This document shows, piece after piece, positions 1-11,785 of a DNA stretch of 64,000 nucleotides. A program made the translations under genes and the position numbers. The DNA is from Hydrolagus colliei. Lineage: Eukaryota. The notes under the pieces were generated by a model. The model worked only from the letters and a program-made list of their open reading frames with translations, ran no database searches and was not told where the DNA came from. The stretch covers positions 138,570,001-138,634,000 of the forward strand of contig CM068742.1 of NCBI GenBank assembly GCA_035084275.1. The letters are read 5' to 3'. Numbering within the stretch: the first letter of the stretch is position 1; each line of letters opens with the position of its first letter.

Positions 1-111
1 GTAAACAGAGAAGTGTGGAGTAAGGAAACTTACCCAACATTGCGCCCTGCTAGGAATCAAACCCAGATCGCTAGACAAAGTGAATGCTCTAACCACTGAG
101 CTACAGGACTT
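1..111 (-). mobile_element. Young tRNA-derived Deu-SINE, 5' head of the long subfamily, cut by the window edge
   Basis: Reverse complement reads gaagtcctgtagctcagtggttagagca...gggtttgattcc (Pol III A/B boxes), then gtaagtttccttactccacacttctctgtttac, matching the copy at 2196. Confidence 0.85.
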
Positions 112-139
112 CTCGTGATTACGATATGTTTTATGTGGA

Positions 140-512
140 GTCTCTGTATATCAATTTCAAGATCCTCAAACTTGTCTTCAAATCCCTCCATGTCCTGGCA
201 ACTCCATACCTCTCCGACCTGCTTACTCCCCAATCCACTAACCATTGCCTCTGCTCAACTGGCTCCATCCTACTGTATATCCCTCCCATGCATGTCCCAT
301 CGGTGGCCGCATTTTCATCCACTACACCCTGAAACTCTGCAACACTCTCGTTCTATCGCCCTGCCTCACCCCTTGCTTCCCCCTTTTCAAGTTGTGCCTC
401 TTTGGCCGATGGTCACCTCTCCCCACCTCCTGGCTTGGGGTTGTACTCTGCCAAGCACTCTGGGACGCTATTTCTGTGCGAGGGGCACTATATAAAAGCA
501 AGTTGATGATAT
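140..512 (+). mobile_element. L2 LINE 3' fragment
   Basis: Translates INFKILKLVFKSLHVLATPYLSDLLTP (L2 ORF2 C-terminus); ends gcactatataaaagcaagttgatg, an L2-type tail. Confidence 0.85.
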
Positions 513-1189
513 TGTACGCAGTGAGTGCTGCAAAGTCATTTGAGAGAAGTGCCTTCTGAAGAACCTGATCTGATCCAATTTTGTTTTAAGTGGGGTGCAA
601 CTAACATTGCTAGTAATAATAGTAAACCATATATTTGATACACCTTTGACCACTACAGGATGACATATCAATATGAAAATATTGAATATGAAAACGATAA
701 ACTGATTCAGATTGCGAATCTAAGTAGCTGGAGTCTAGACTCTCATTGTTTTCTCAGTATTTTGGAACCGATTTTGTTTTAAAGTTTCTCTGAAATTCTA
801 AGAACATTGTGTAAGCCAAGACCACACTGGAATTTTATTTAACTTCCTTTCTGCTCCCTGATTTGTATTAAGTCGTTACAGATTTACACTAGTGATGATT
901 CATTTAAAAAAAGGACAGATATTCATTTATTTCCCCTTCTTCTCTCCTATTTTTACTTTTCAAATTGTGGAACCGATTGTGTATACCTGGTAATTAGTTG
1001 GCTAGTTTCTGGAAATAAAAATAATATTTATTTAAAGTTTTAGTTTCCAAGAAACAAAGCAAAACTGTCTGAAGACCTTCAATTGCAAGTTGTTAACAGC
1101 TACTGCAATGCTGGTAAAGACAGACTCATTTAAGAAAACAGCTTGATGCTGTCATGGAAGGACGGTAGACTGGATTTTGATGAATTTAC

Positions 1190-1408
1190 TGTAGCGTATT
1201 AGTTAGAGCACTCCCTTGCAAGCGAGAGGGCCCGGGTTTGATTCCCAGACAGGGCAAAATGTCAGGCAAGTTTCCTTACCCCTTGTGAGTCTGTTTACCT
1301 AGCAGTAAGTAGCAACCTGGTTGTTTGTCGATTGGCAATCAATGTAAAAATAATAATAATAATAAATTGGTCATTCAATCCACTTTACAGTATATTCTGT
1401 GAAGTGCT
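1190..1408 (+). mobile_element. Young tRNA/Deu SINE, long subfamily, internally deleted
   Basis: tRNA-like head gttagagcactcccttgcaagcgag...gggtttgattccc, then ctgtttacctagcagtaagtag and aaattggtcattcaatccac. Confidence 0.85.
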
Positions 1409-1429
1409 ATCAGACCCTTTGTCAAACCT

Positions 1430-1675
1430 CCAGTGTTCTCTGAAATGGTATGGAAATATTCTACATGTAACACCAGGCAGAATTACTGAGCCTAGGAATT
1501 CTGGCTGATTTTCCATTCCTTGACACTGTAGTTATAAGGTTAATTGCAATGCTTGCTCCTCTTCAGCTGAGAACTGCTAGCTCAGCAGAAACCTGGGACT
1601 CAAATCTCAGATCTTGCAGTTCTGCATGTCTGAACTACACACCAGATAATCTCGCTGAGCCATCAGGAGAGCTCC
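1430..1675 (-). mobile_element. Ancient tRNA-headed SINE (family B)
   Basis: Reverse complement ggagctctcctgatggctcagc...ctgagctagcagttctcagctg...ggaaaatcagccag; similar to copies at 11205, 31036, 57240 and 60430. Confidence 0.6.
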
Positions 1676-1949
1676 TTATGTTTTTTTAAAAAAATGCTTT
1701 CTACATCTGCAGGTTAAGTTTTAATTGAAGGGCTTCTTGACTGATCATATAAGACATGAGGTATTTTATTAAAGCAGAAGTTAAGTGAGCACATATCACC
1801 TTCAGAAACCAGCCCTCATGAACCATATACAGTTACACTCAGTTACTGCTAAGCGGTTATCCAGGACACAGACATAGCAACAACACCAACAACACTGGTT
1901 ATATATACAAAAACTCTGTGGTGTAATATATGTACACCCGATATTGACT

Positions 1950-2080
1950 AAACACTTTATTCAAAGGACAGCAACTCTGACAATGCAGCGCTGCCCCCAA
2001 CACACCATTGGATTGTCAACCTAGATTGTGAGTTCCAAGTCCCAATACGGATTCAGTGTGCTACCAACTGAGCGAGGCTG
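1950..2080 (-). mobile_element. Old Deu-SINE (SacSINE1-like) 5' fragment
   Basis: aaaggacagcaactctgacaatgcagc...tgtcaacctagattgtgag...ctaccaactgagc, shared with copies at 5700, 8500 and 26950. Confidence 0.65.
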
Positions 2081-2195
2081 TCTCTATATGGAGAAAGAGA
2101 ATAAACATACATTCTATACTGCAATTAATGACAGTTAGTGGATGAGGTTTGATTAGCCTCAATCAATGGTATATGTCTATGTTGTCTATATTGTA

Positions 2196-2567
2196 GAGTC
2201 CTGTAGCTCAGTGGTTAGAGCACCTGCCTTGCAAGCAAGAGACCCGACAGGGAGAAATGTTGTGCATGTGTCCTTATTCCAGAGGCCTCTGTTTACCTCG
2301 CAATAAGTAGGAACCTAGTTTGTTAGTCGAATGGCGGATTGCTTTTCCATCGGTAATAATTCCTTCAAAAATAAATTTAAAGTAAATTGGTCACTAAATT
2401 CACAATTGTGTGCTGTGAATTTAGTGACTGTTGTGCGCATTTGGCTGTCCTGTTTCGCCCACAAATATATACAGTTAATTCACTTTACAGTATAATCTGT
2501 GAAACGTTTTGAGATGTCTCGAAGACGTGATGAGGCACAATATCAAATGCAAGGATTATTATTATTA
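2196..2567 (+). mobile_element. Full-length young tRNA/Deu SINE, long subfamily
   Basis: gagtcctgtagctcagtggttagagc head, CORE-like ctctgtttacc segment, Deu-like tgtgcgcatttggctg, L2-like tail atcaaatgcaagg(att)n. Confidence 0.92.
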
Positions 2568-2789
2568 CCACTATTATATCTCACTTATATTTCACCTATA
2601 CCAACAAGATGGGCTGGATCACCTTCTTCTATGTTGTAAACTTTCTTTGATTTTACGAGAATTTGAATGTTTTAGGATTTTTATCACATTGAAAACACTT
2701 CACAGAAAATTGTTGTCAAACGTAATGACTATTTGTCAGCAAATATGCAAGTGTTTGAGCCAGCAAGGTACCACAAACATCCATGAGGT

Positions 2790-3030
2790 GAAAGACCTTG
2801 CATCCAAAGATAAATAAATTTCTCCTAGTGTCCTGGCCAACAATCCTCCAAATAAAATTGAACATTTACTTCATGGCTGTTCGTGGGACATTGTTCTGAG
2901 CAATTTGGCTGGCACATTCACCTACAAATACAAGTCACTGCACTTCACAATAAATCCTGTTTTGGGAAGCACTTCGGGACATTCTTCCTATGTGAAGTTT
3001 GACTGGGGTGCAAAATGCAAGAATTTTTGT
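2790..3030 (+). mobile_element. Old Deu-SINE 3' half
   Basis: gtgtcctggccaacaatcc...ctgttcgtgggacattg...ttggctg...aagcacttcgggac. Confidence 0.7.
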
Positions 3031-3939
3031 CGTTACTGAACCTATTATGAAATGCCATATTTTTTACACCCCATTATTTTTCTTCAAATATTCATTCAAT
3101 TCCCTTTTGAACTATTAAGTTCCCTAATTATTTTCCTACACGATTAAGGTCCTTTGAAACTAAACCTTTATTCCATTATATAGCAAGAGCTCACAATTGG
3201 ATTAATTAAATTGGCACATTCTAAATTACATTCTGCCAAAAAGGGATCTGTCTGCTTATAATTAATTCAGCCTTTCATTTGATATTTGGCATAATTTTCT
3301 CCAGAAGTAATTGCATAGCAAGCATTCTATTATCTTCTGTTGACCATAAGCCCAAATGCCTTTTGAGGGTCTCAGAAAACATCATGTTATGCAAATGGAT
3401 TACCTTGTTGATATGCAATTGTCATTTTAGTCACTGAGTAAAATGCATTTAATAAAAGGGAATGTATCTTTATCACTTAAGGTACATTGCTTTTTGTTAA
3501 GCAGGTTTTACTCAGTCTTAGCATTTTCCTTCAACATGCTTTTTTGTTTTCTCTCAGATCTCCAATGTTTTACCACAGTATTGTTTTAACCTCATAAAAA
3601 ATGTAGCAGCCTCATTATCAGAGAAACAAAATATCCTGTGAATTAGAAATCCTATAACTCTGTTCCTACTGTGAAATAATGCTGATTTATGTGCACAAGA
3701 TAATCCATATGGACATATGGTGTCTTTTAAGGATGATTGAGCCAGCTTTAATGTGGAAGTTTGGATCAGTTTAACCTGAAGTGACCTGAACCTATTGAAA
3801 TCAAATGCAGATCCAAACTGAAATTCACTGAGTCAAAGTCAATAGAGAATATAGGTTCCCTCAACAGCTTCGGCAAAAACGTTGACTGCCTGGTGCGCCA
3901 ATGTGCTGATAGCTAAATGCAGTTGGAGGAGCCAACTTG

Positions 3940-4189
3940 ACACTACTGTATTTGAAAAGAGAAGGGATTTTTCCCCAGTGTCCTGGCCAACAATCCCCCA
4001 AATAAAATTGTACACTAACATCATAGCTGTCTATAGGACATTGCCGTGTGCAAATTAGTTGCAGCACTCCTCTGCAGAATACATACTCACCTCACTACAC
4101 TTTACAATGAATCTTGTGAAGCGCTTTGAGACTTCTTCCCAAAAGGTCCTATGTCAAATGCAAGGATTAACATTATTTATTATTATTAC
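3940..4189 (+). mobile_element. Old Deu-SINE 3' half
   Basis: tttgaaaagagaaggg...gtgtcctggccaacaatccc...gtgcaaattagttgc...gaagcgctttgagac...aaatgcaagg. Confidence 0.75.
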
Positions 4190-4581
4190 TATTGGCCTTC
4201 TATCAAAAAGCCACCTTTTTTTGGACTTACCATATCTTTGTGACCTTCTGAAACGTTAACTCTCCTTCCACTTGGCTAACACTGTCTGCTTCATATCCCT
4301 GCCCCACCTACCAATGGTGATTGGGCTTTCATCTTATCTGCTCTCATTATGGAACTCCATCCCAGAGACCCTTCGCCTCGCCCTTTCCTTTGCCGCCTTC
4401 AAAGTTGGTTTTAAAACCTTCTCTTTGAATGCAGCTTTGGTCATCTATCCCGTGCTCCCACACACCTTGGCCCCCAACTCTATCAAATCCGACTCCCTAC
4501 ATATGCAAACTGTCAACTGTCCAGTGAAGTATGACATTCTCCTGATGTGAAAGATCCTATATAAATGCAATTTGTTGTTGT
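4190..4581 (+). mobile_element. L2 LINE 3' fragment
   Basis: LWNSIPETLRLALSFAAFKVGFKTF motif; tail gtgaaagatcctatataaatgcaatttgttgttg. Confidence 0.8.
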
Positions 4582-4695
4582 AGTTATGCACATTTATCGT
4601 TTTCAGCAGATTACAATGTGTAGCAATGATCTGAAATTCTCAAGTATTTGGGGTTCCATTATTAATTCTTAAAATAACATACACAGATTTACTCA

Positions 4696-4844
4696 AAAAC
4701 ACAAAATACTACAGATGCAGGAAATCTGAAAAAAACATAAATCGCTGGGAACACTCAGCAGGTCAGGCAGCATCTATGGAGAAAGGAAACAGTTTTGGGT
4801 GAAACAGTCAACGTTTCGGGTCCATGACTCTTAATCAGAAGTGA
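4696..4844 (-). mobile_element. Short Penelope-related element with a degenerate hammerhead motif
   Basis: Homologous to 59864-60018 (gatgctgcctgacctgctgagtgtt); flanked by an 11-bp direct repeat agatttactca (4685-4695 and 4845-4855); 5' end reads ctgatTa-agagtcatggaccc-gaaacgtt. Confidence 0.75.
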
Positions 4845-4859
4845 AGATTTACTCAGGGG

Positions 4860-5025
4860 GTAAATAACAACTAGAATGGGTTGTCAGGAGGGGAGAATGA
4901 GACTAAATTCATTTAAAAGCAGCTTGATGCTGCAATGGAGGGGACGGAGGTTGGGAATTGTGAAAGCATGAGATTGGATTAGTTGAAGGTCCTTCTTAAT
5001 CCAAAGCAATCTTGACATCTTGTGA
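4860..5025 (+). mobile_element. Old CR1-type LINE 3' end
   Basis: ttcatttaaaagcagcttgatgctgc...gaaggtccttctt; similar to ~1125-1180 and to the minus-strand copies at 6185 and 28853. Confidence 0.5.
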
Positions 5026-5699
5026 GTATCAAAAGATGTTGGAGTAAAAATACCATATGCCATGTAATGGTTAGTACATGGTGGGACATTCTACTCTTGC
5101 CGGTGCCCCACTATTCCCCGGGAGCAAACAGATTGGGGTGCGATCTTTTGTACTAAATTGTGGGGAGGGGTTCATTCCAGCTGGCCAACTAATTGGACAT
5201 TAGCAAGAGTAAAACGTTCCACAATATGATGAACACATCACTTACCACATTTTCACCTCAGCATCTTTTTCTGGCAGTCTGTGTTTTATTTCAAGAATCA
5301 AAAGAGGAACAACAAATGCGTGTTTCACATCACTGTCAAACCTTAATTTGTAAGTCTGCACTGTGTGGGCTATCTCTATCAACTACACCGTTTAAAACCG
5401 CAGGGCCATGTTTGACGATGGAATGGGGGTGGGTGCAGGGTGCTGAGTGGTGTAAAAAGCTAGAATTCAAAATGGAATTTACTTATTAGTAATTCAGAAT
5501 TATTAGCAGAGGATACTGACAGTAACAGAGTTTATGTAATAGCTGACTCTCAGGAACCCCTCGATAGACTGCTGGTTTCAGTATTGTGGGGAAAAAGACC
5601 AGCCAAAACAACAACAACAAAATTACATTTATAAAGCGCCTTTCACGTCGGGAGGACCAATCTCTCAGAGCACAAAAGATGTTTTGATAATTAACAATA

Positions 5700-6180
5700 A
5701 TTACACTCCTTGCATTTGGTATAGTCACATCGACAAAACTTCTCAAGGTGCTTTACAAAGTGCTTCACTTTATATTGTAAAGTGTATTTATGGATAAATG
5801 TGGCAGCCAATCTCCATAGAGCAATGTCCCAGAAATAAATAGAATACAAAGTGAATGACCGAATTTAATCGGGGGGGAATTGTTGTCTAGCATACCAGGC
5901 AAAATCTCTTCTCTTTTCAAACATTGTCATGGGATTTTTAATGCCAATTCTGAACAGGCACGCTCAGTTTAATCTCTCAACCGATGGACGGTATTTCCAA
6001 TTATGAAACAACTACAACAAATTGCATTTATATGGCATCTTGTTAAAGTTATGGGAAACCTTGGTACTTGCCCAGCACTTTGCTTGAGTGTCAGCCTAGC
6101 TATGAGTTCAAAGTCCTGATGTGGGGTTTGAACCCACCACCTACTGACTCGGAGACGAATGTATTAACAAACTGAGCCAG
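5700..6180 (-). mobile_element. Old Deu-SINE, near full length
   Basis: tgtggcagccaat...catgggatttttaatg...gtgtcagcctag...gtggggtttgaacccacc...ctgactcggag...actgagcca. Confidence 0.75.
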
Positions 6181-6184
6181 AAGA

Positions 6185-6420
6185 AGGTCTTTCAGTCCAC
6201 TTGGTGTCAGCCATCCAGTATACTAAACCTTCCAGCTTCCTATTACAATGTCAAGCTATTTCTTCAATGAGTTCAATGTCCTGGCTTCAACCAATCTCCC
6301 TGGTACCGCATTCCTCTAATGAATTATCCTCTGTCTAAAGAAATATATTTTGGTTCCTGATCTAGAATGACCCTTCACATATCCTCTTGTCTTGGTCCTT
6401 GAGATATCTTTTTTTCACTT
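6185..6420 (-). mobile_element. Old CR1-type LINE 3' fragment
   Basis: ggcttcaaccaatctccctggtaccgcattcc...ctctgtctaaagaaata, the reverse of a CR1 FFxQRxxxxWNxLP-type region. Confidence 0.55.
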
Positions 6421-6869
6421 GGTAACTTACACATCTTTGAGACAACTCTTACAATATTCGGTGCATTCTATCATTCTGCTCAAAAGCTTTAATGTGGCAG
6501 AAATAAAGCCTTAAGCAGGAAGGAGGAGAACTATATTCTCGGGAGAGACAACATTTTGAAAAAAAATTAAACAAGCTAAACTAATGATTCAAAAGTCAAG
6601 CCTGTAAGGCTGCTAAAGTGATGATGTCATTACAAAAGTTAATCCTTGTTGATCAGCTGATGTGAAGGTGATACTCTAGTTTCGGGCTGAACACCCAAAT
6701 GCCCTGAAGGCTCTCTTTCTCTCTCTCTCTATTTGCTTCTGCTGTGAATAATAATGTTATCTCTGACATGAGATTGAGATGCTATTGTAAGTCTCTTGAA
6801 AGAAAAGAGAGCTTTACTTTGACTGATCTTATTTCTCAAGCAACAGACTCTTCTTTTTGTTAATAATAA

Positions 6870-7298
6870 TGTACCTTGCGTTTGATATAGAGCCTTATGC
6901 AATACAAACAAAATTAACATTGATAAAACTATCAATATAACTATCAAAACTATCAATGTGGTCAAGATGTCTCAAAGCACTTTACAGGATATAATATCTT
7001 CTGTATAATAAGCACATGTGATAGTCAATTTGCACACAGGAATGTCCAACAAATGGCCATGAAGTAAATGACCAATTTTATCTGATGGATTGTCGGCCAG
7101 TACTCTGGGGGAAACTCCCTTGTCTTTTCGAGTAATGTCATGGGATCTTTGACATGTCCATATATCTCACATAAAGTCTTTCAGATATTTGCGGCTGTTT
7201 GTGGGGACACTGTGCTATGTGCAACTGGCTGCCGCGTTTCGCCCACAAATATACAGTCAATTCACTTTACCAAATGCAAGGATTATTATTATTATTAA
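6870..7298. mobile_element. Deu-SINE fragments (old copy on minus strand, young 3' part on plus strand)
   Basis: Minus strand: caatttgcacacag...catgggatctttgac; plus strand: ctgtttgtggggacactgtgc...aaatgcaaggattattatt. Confidence 0.7.
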
Positions 7299-7639
7299 TA
7301 TGGCTAGCATTCAAAAAGGTGAATAACTTAACAATTGTTGGAAGACAATTTGTAGTTTACTTTTATTCCTTCTTCTATCCCTCTTCCAATCATCTCCATT
7401 CTTTCCAACCATGGGCTCTTACCAGCCTACAACTAAACTCTCTGGGTTTATATTAGCAGGAAGCTTCTCTCCTCACAGATAATAAAAAATTTATTCCAGA
7501 CAAACACACATGTGCAGCTCTCAGTAGTTTGGAGAGACTCTTGAGGATGGCGATCAGCGATTGGAGTCAAATTGGCTGATTTAAAAAAATTATCTTCTAA
7601 AGGCATTAACTCTGGTTTCTTGCCTGTGCGACTTCGCTT

Positions 7640-8061
7640 TAAGTATCAATTCAAGATCCTGGTCCTTGCCTTCAAAGTCCTCATTTTTATGCCTCATCCT
7701 ACATCTGCGACCTGCTAACCCCCTAGCAGCCTGCCCGCCGGCCCCTCTGCTCAGCATGCTCCAGCCTACTCACCTGCCTCACCATCAGCAAGCGAGCATT
7801 CAGCCACTCTGCTCCTAACCTCGAGAATTCAATCCTGCAATCCCTCTGCTTCGCCCCCTCCCAAGCCTCCTTCAAGTTCCACCTCAAAACCCTCCTCTTC
7901 GACGGTCCCATCGGTCACAACAAATTCCCTCCTTTCCCTCCATCTTCCCCGATCCCAACCCCAGCTCGGGTTTGAAACATTGACTGTCCAGCACCTTGGG
8001 ATGTCCTCCTGATGTGAAAGGCGCTATACAAGTGTAGTTTTGTGGTTGTTGTTGTTGTTGT
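7640..8061 (+). mobile_element. L2 LINE 3' fragment
   Basis: caattcaagatcctggtccttgccttcaaa (QFKILVLAFK) through gtgaaaggcgctatacaagtg(ttg)n; matches the 3' end of the L2 at 38986. Confidence 0.88.
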
Positions 8062-8489
8062 ATTATCCCTGATAGAGCATAGATTGCAGTTATGTGAGTA
8101 AGTGTCTGGCTCTAGTTGGCTGCTCAATGCAGCAGTGTGGCTGAGATATACAACCACCTTATCTGTAGCTTTATGCATATATTAGAACTACATTTTATGA
8201 GTCCAATAAATCAGCTTATTCTTTGTTCCACAGTTAGGGAGAGAACTTGCATTTTTGTAGTACATTGTCATTTCAAAATATATACAGCAAAGCCTTTCAC
8301 CAGGCTGAACAAGCAATGGGAAACTTGTGGCAAGGTATGTGTGTTTAACAGGTTAAATCTAGAAGTACCCCCATTTCCCCCAGTCTAACCAAACAATGTT
8401 TAGAAGGTTTTCCAGGCAGTTATTTTCTTTTCAGCAAGATCCATCATGAGATGAATTAACAATTGATCTGGGGACCTGGTCGCTCTTTT

Positions 8490-8770
8490 ACAATACAATA
8501 CAATTTACATTTATATAGGCTCCTTTGATGATGGGAGAATGTCTCGAAGCACTTTTCTTTGCAAACAATGATGTGAGATGTTTAACATCCACCTGAACAG
8601 ACAGAAGGGACTTCAATTTAACGTCTCATCAGAAGGACATGTAACGATTCCGCAGAATTGCAATTAAGTGTCAGCCTCAAGCCAGACTATGAACTCAATG
8701 TCACCACTTGGAGCTTTGATTTCATAGCCTCTGACCCAGGAGTGAGAGTACTCTGGGTCTAGCTGAGCAA
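8490..8770 (-). mobile_element. Old Deu-SINE fragment
   Basis: tttaacatccacctgaacagacagaaggg...tttaacgtctcatc...gtgtcagcct. Confidence 0.65.
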
Positions 8771-8839
8771 TGCTTGTACCATATATATTTATCTACTCAT
8801 CGTTGGAGCTCTTATTGAAATAACAAGTTATTTAAACAC

Positions 8840-9950
8840 TAATAATAAGTCTTGCATTTGACATACAGTAGTACCTTATCACGTCTCAAAATGCTTCAAG
8901 TGCTTTATAAGATTTACTGTGAAGTGTATTGAATGTGTATTTGTAGGTGATCGTGGCAACCAATTTGTGCCCAGAAAATAATAATAATACTACTAATAAT
9001 CTTTGCATTTGATATATGTATTGTCTGATCAAGTCATTGAAACATCTCAAAGTGCTTCATAGAATATATTGTAAAGTGGATTGGCTGTGTCTTTTGTGGG
9101 TGAAACGCACGCAAAGTATTTTGAGTACAACCAGCTGTGAACTATGTTAAATACAAATACAAATATGTCAAATACACCATGTTGTATTTTACATACACTA
9201 ATGTCGCAATTGCATGAGAAAGAAGGGAATAGAGCATTTTGGGAGAGGGGAATCAGGAGAGGTTGAGGCTCATAATGAACATTGGTATTTACCAGTTGGC
9301 CAAATGCTCTTTTACTGTGCTGTAACAGTCTACTTAATTCTATGTAAATAGATACAACAAATAAACATAATGAAAACATCAGTACTTTTTCATGACCCAT
9401 GACTCGTGATCAGAATGCATGTGTTATGAAATAGTCCAACTTTCTTCCTGTTTCTTAATAATAATTCCTCCAAAAGAAACTATAATAAATTGGTCATTTG
9501 AATCCACGATGGTTTGTGGGACACTGCTGTGCGCAATTGGCTGTTGGGTTTCGCCGACATATATATAATAATAATATTATAATAATCCTTGCATTTGATA
9601 TAGCGCTTTTCACATCTTATCGACGTCCCAAAGCACTTCACAGAGTATACTGTAAAGTGAATTGACTGTATAATTGTGGGCGAATCGCGGCAGCCAATTG
9701 CGCACAGCAGTGTCCCACAAACAGTCATGGATTGAAATGACCAATTTTATTATTGTGTTTTCTTGTACGGATTATTATTATATACATTATATACATTATT
9801 ATATATGGATTATATTATATACAGTCCATTTACTTTACAGTATATTCTGTGACGCGCTTTGAGATGTCTAGAAGACGTGAAAAGCACTATATCAAATGCA
9901 AGGATTATTATTATTCTTACTATTATTATTAGTATTATTATTATTATTGT
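8840..9950. mobile_element. Cluster of young SINE 3' fragments in mixed orientation, with a CR1 tail at ~9235-9345
   Basis: Repeated ttgcatttgatat/atcaaatgcaagg tails; plus fragment ~9460-9555, minus fragment ~9568-9755, plus tail ~9815-9950. Confidence 0.85.
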
Positions 9951-11204
9951 CAGGCCCCACTGACCTGCCAATCTGCGGTGTCTCTGCCCTGAATCTCAAG
10001 GTCTCCAGCCATCTATCCCAGGCCATCTTCTATTGGACCACTCATCTGGTGTCCAATCTGCAATTTTCAAGGTAGATTTGCAATTACTTTATTCAATCAG
10101 TTTCCCCCTCTGGTAAGTGAAAGCGATGCTTGATTATGGTATTTAATTCAGGTCTAAATCTGAGATTTAGAGTGGGGATTACTTTGTCCTCTATCACTGC
10201 ACCTTAGGACATCCTCTCGAAGTGAAAGGCACTATATAAATGTAAATTTATATTTCATTGCGTTGAGCTCATTATTATAAAGAACATGTACAAAATGCTC
10301 CAAATATCACCTCATAGAAAACCTTCAACACAAAAGGAGACCATTCATTGTATCAAGTCTGTGCCATTGCTACTTCCATGTTTAAAATCGTCATTTAGTC
10401 TACTAATTCTACGTTTCATCTCTTTTCCCATACCCTTTCATGATTTGATTGAACACAGTAATAACACATTATAAGACAAAAAGTTATCTCCACTGGAGTA
10501 GCAGGCTTTCCTATTTGCTGAGTTCAAGATCAACCGTAATTTAACAAATCCTGTGGTTGTACACATTGAGTAAACACTTTGATGAGGTGACATAAAATGG
10601 CTTGAGATAGGGTGAATACAAAAAGAGAAATAATAATCTCTCTGGGAGAGCATAAATTTGGGTGGTACTGATCCATCTACAACATTATTTGAAACCGGTT
10701 AAACAAGTCCATTTATACACATTTGAGCCCATTATCTGTGTTGCGCAGACTTTGCTATCCTTGACTTGAATTAGAGCTATGCCTAGTTAAGAGTTGTCAA
10801 TTTGCTGGCACAATACCTCAGTGTCAGCATCTTCTGCTCAGTTCATTAATGGCAATAATTAGCGTGCTGCACCTGATTGGTTTTGCCAGCGATAAATCGC
10901 AAGTTTCTGTTTCCAAATAATATTCAGCACTTACCACCATCTGTGAGACAATGTGATTGTTTTGTTCTCCGAAACAGCCTGTGGTTCTGCTTCAACATAC
11001 TTTACAAAGACCACCCACCAAGCTACAAATCTTGTTCCACTCCAAAGTTTTGGATAATTGTTTCAATTTATCCTTCAATGCCTGTTTCCATCCAGGAACA
11101 TTCAAGATTTCTCTCTGAAGTTGAAAACAATTCTATTAAAGTGAGACTGAAAGTCTTGAATGTTTATTGTTTGTAAAAGTATATCTGGTGATTAAGTTAA
11201 GGAT

Positions 11205-11785
11205 CTTCAACTCCTCCCATGGTTCAGTTGATAAAGCCAATGTCCATTGTGAGACTGAACCATTCAGCCCTGTAGGTCATAGGTTAAATTTTCCAACTTG
11301 TATTGAGATTTCTGATTTCAGTAATAATAATAATTCTTGCATTTGATTTAGCGCTTTTCACGTCTTCTAGAGTACTCAAAGCGTTTCACAGAATATACTG
11401 CAAAGTGAATTGACTGTATATTTGTGGGCGAAAATCGGCAGACAACTGTCCCACAAACAGTCGTGGTTTGAAATTTATTACAGGTTTGTTTACATTTATT
11501 ACACTATTTATTACAGTAATGGAGGTCGAATGGGTCCCAGTGCTCTTCAGTTAGAGTGATGGAAAATTAATCCACGGTACCTGTTTTCTAGTTTTATCCA
11601 GTGATTTCTGCTGGAAACCATGTAAGTGGTTAGGATCCAAATGTGATGGTCACTTTCTGTGATTAGCAGCCACTTCTGTTTGTAGAGTTGCCATTGGGAT
11701 GAGTTGCTGTAGTCAGACAATACCTATAGAAATGCACCAAACATGAGCAGGGCCCATGCAGAAGTGTGAGGAGGGGGGAAATTCA
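11205..11785 (+). mobile_element. Ancient SINE family B, interrupted by a young SINE fragment (minus strand, ~11322-11475)
   Basis: Head atggttcagttgataaag...actgaacca; after the insert, tatccagtgatttctgctggaaa...gaggaggggggaaa as in the 31036 copy. Confidence 0.6.

Noticed and set aside
6618-6706. Box C (gtgatga) with downstream ctga as a C/D snoRNA
   Set aside because: No terminal stem and no recognisable rRNA/snRNA antisense element
9480-9862. Recurrent ORFs such as [12 protein letters not shown] / [16 protein letters not shown] suggesting a peptide family
   Set aside because: They are translations of the multicopy SINE Deu domain on either strand
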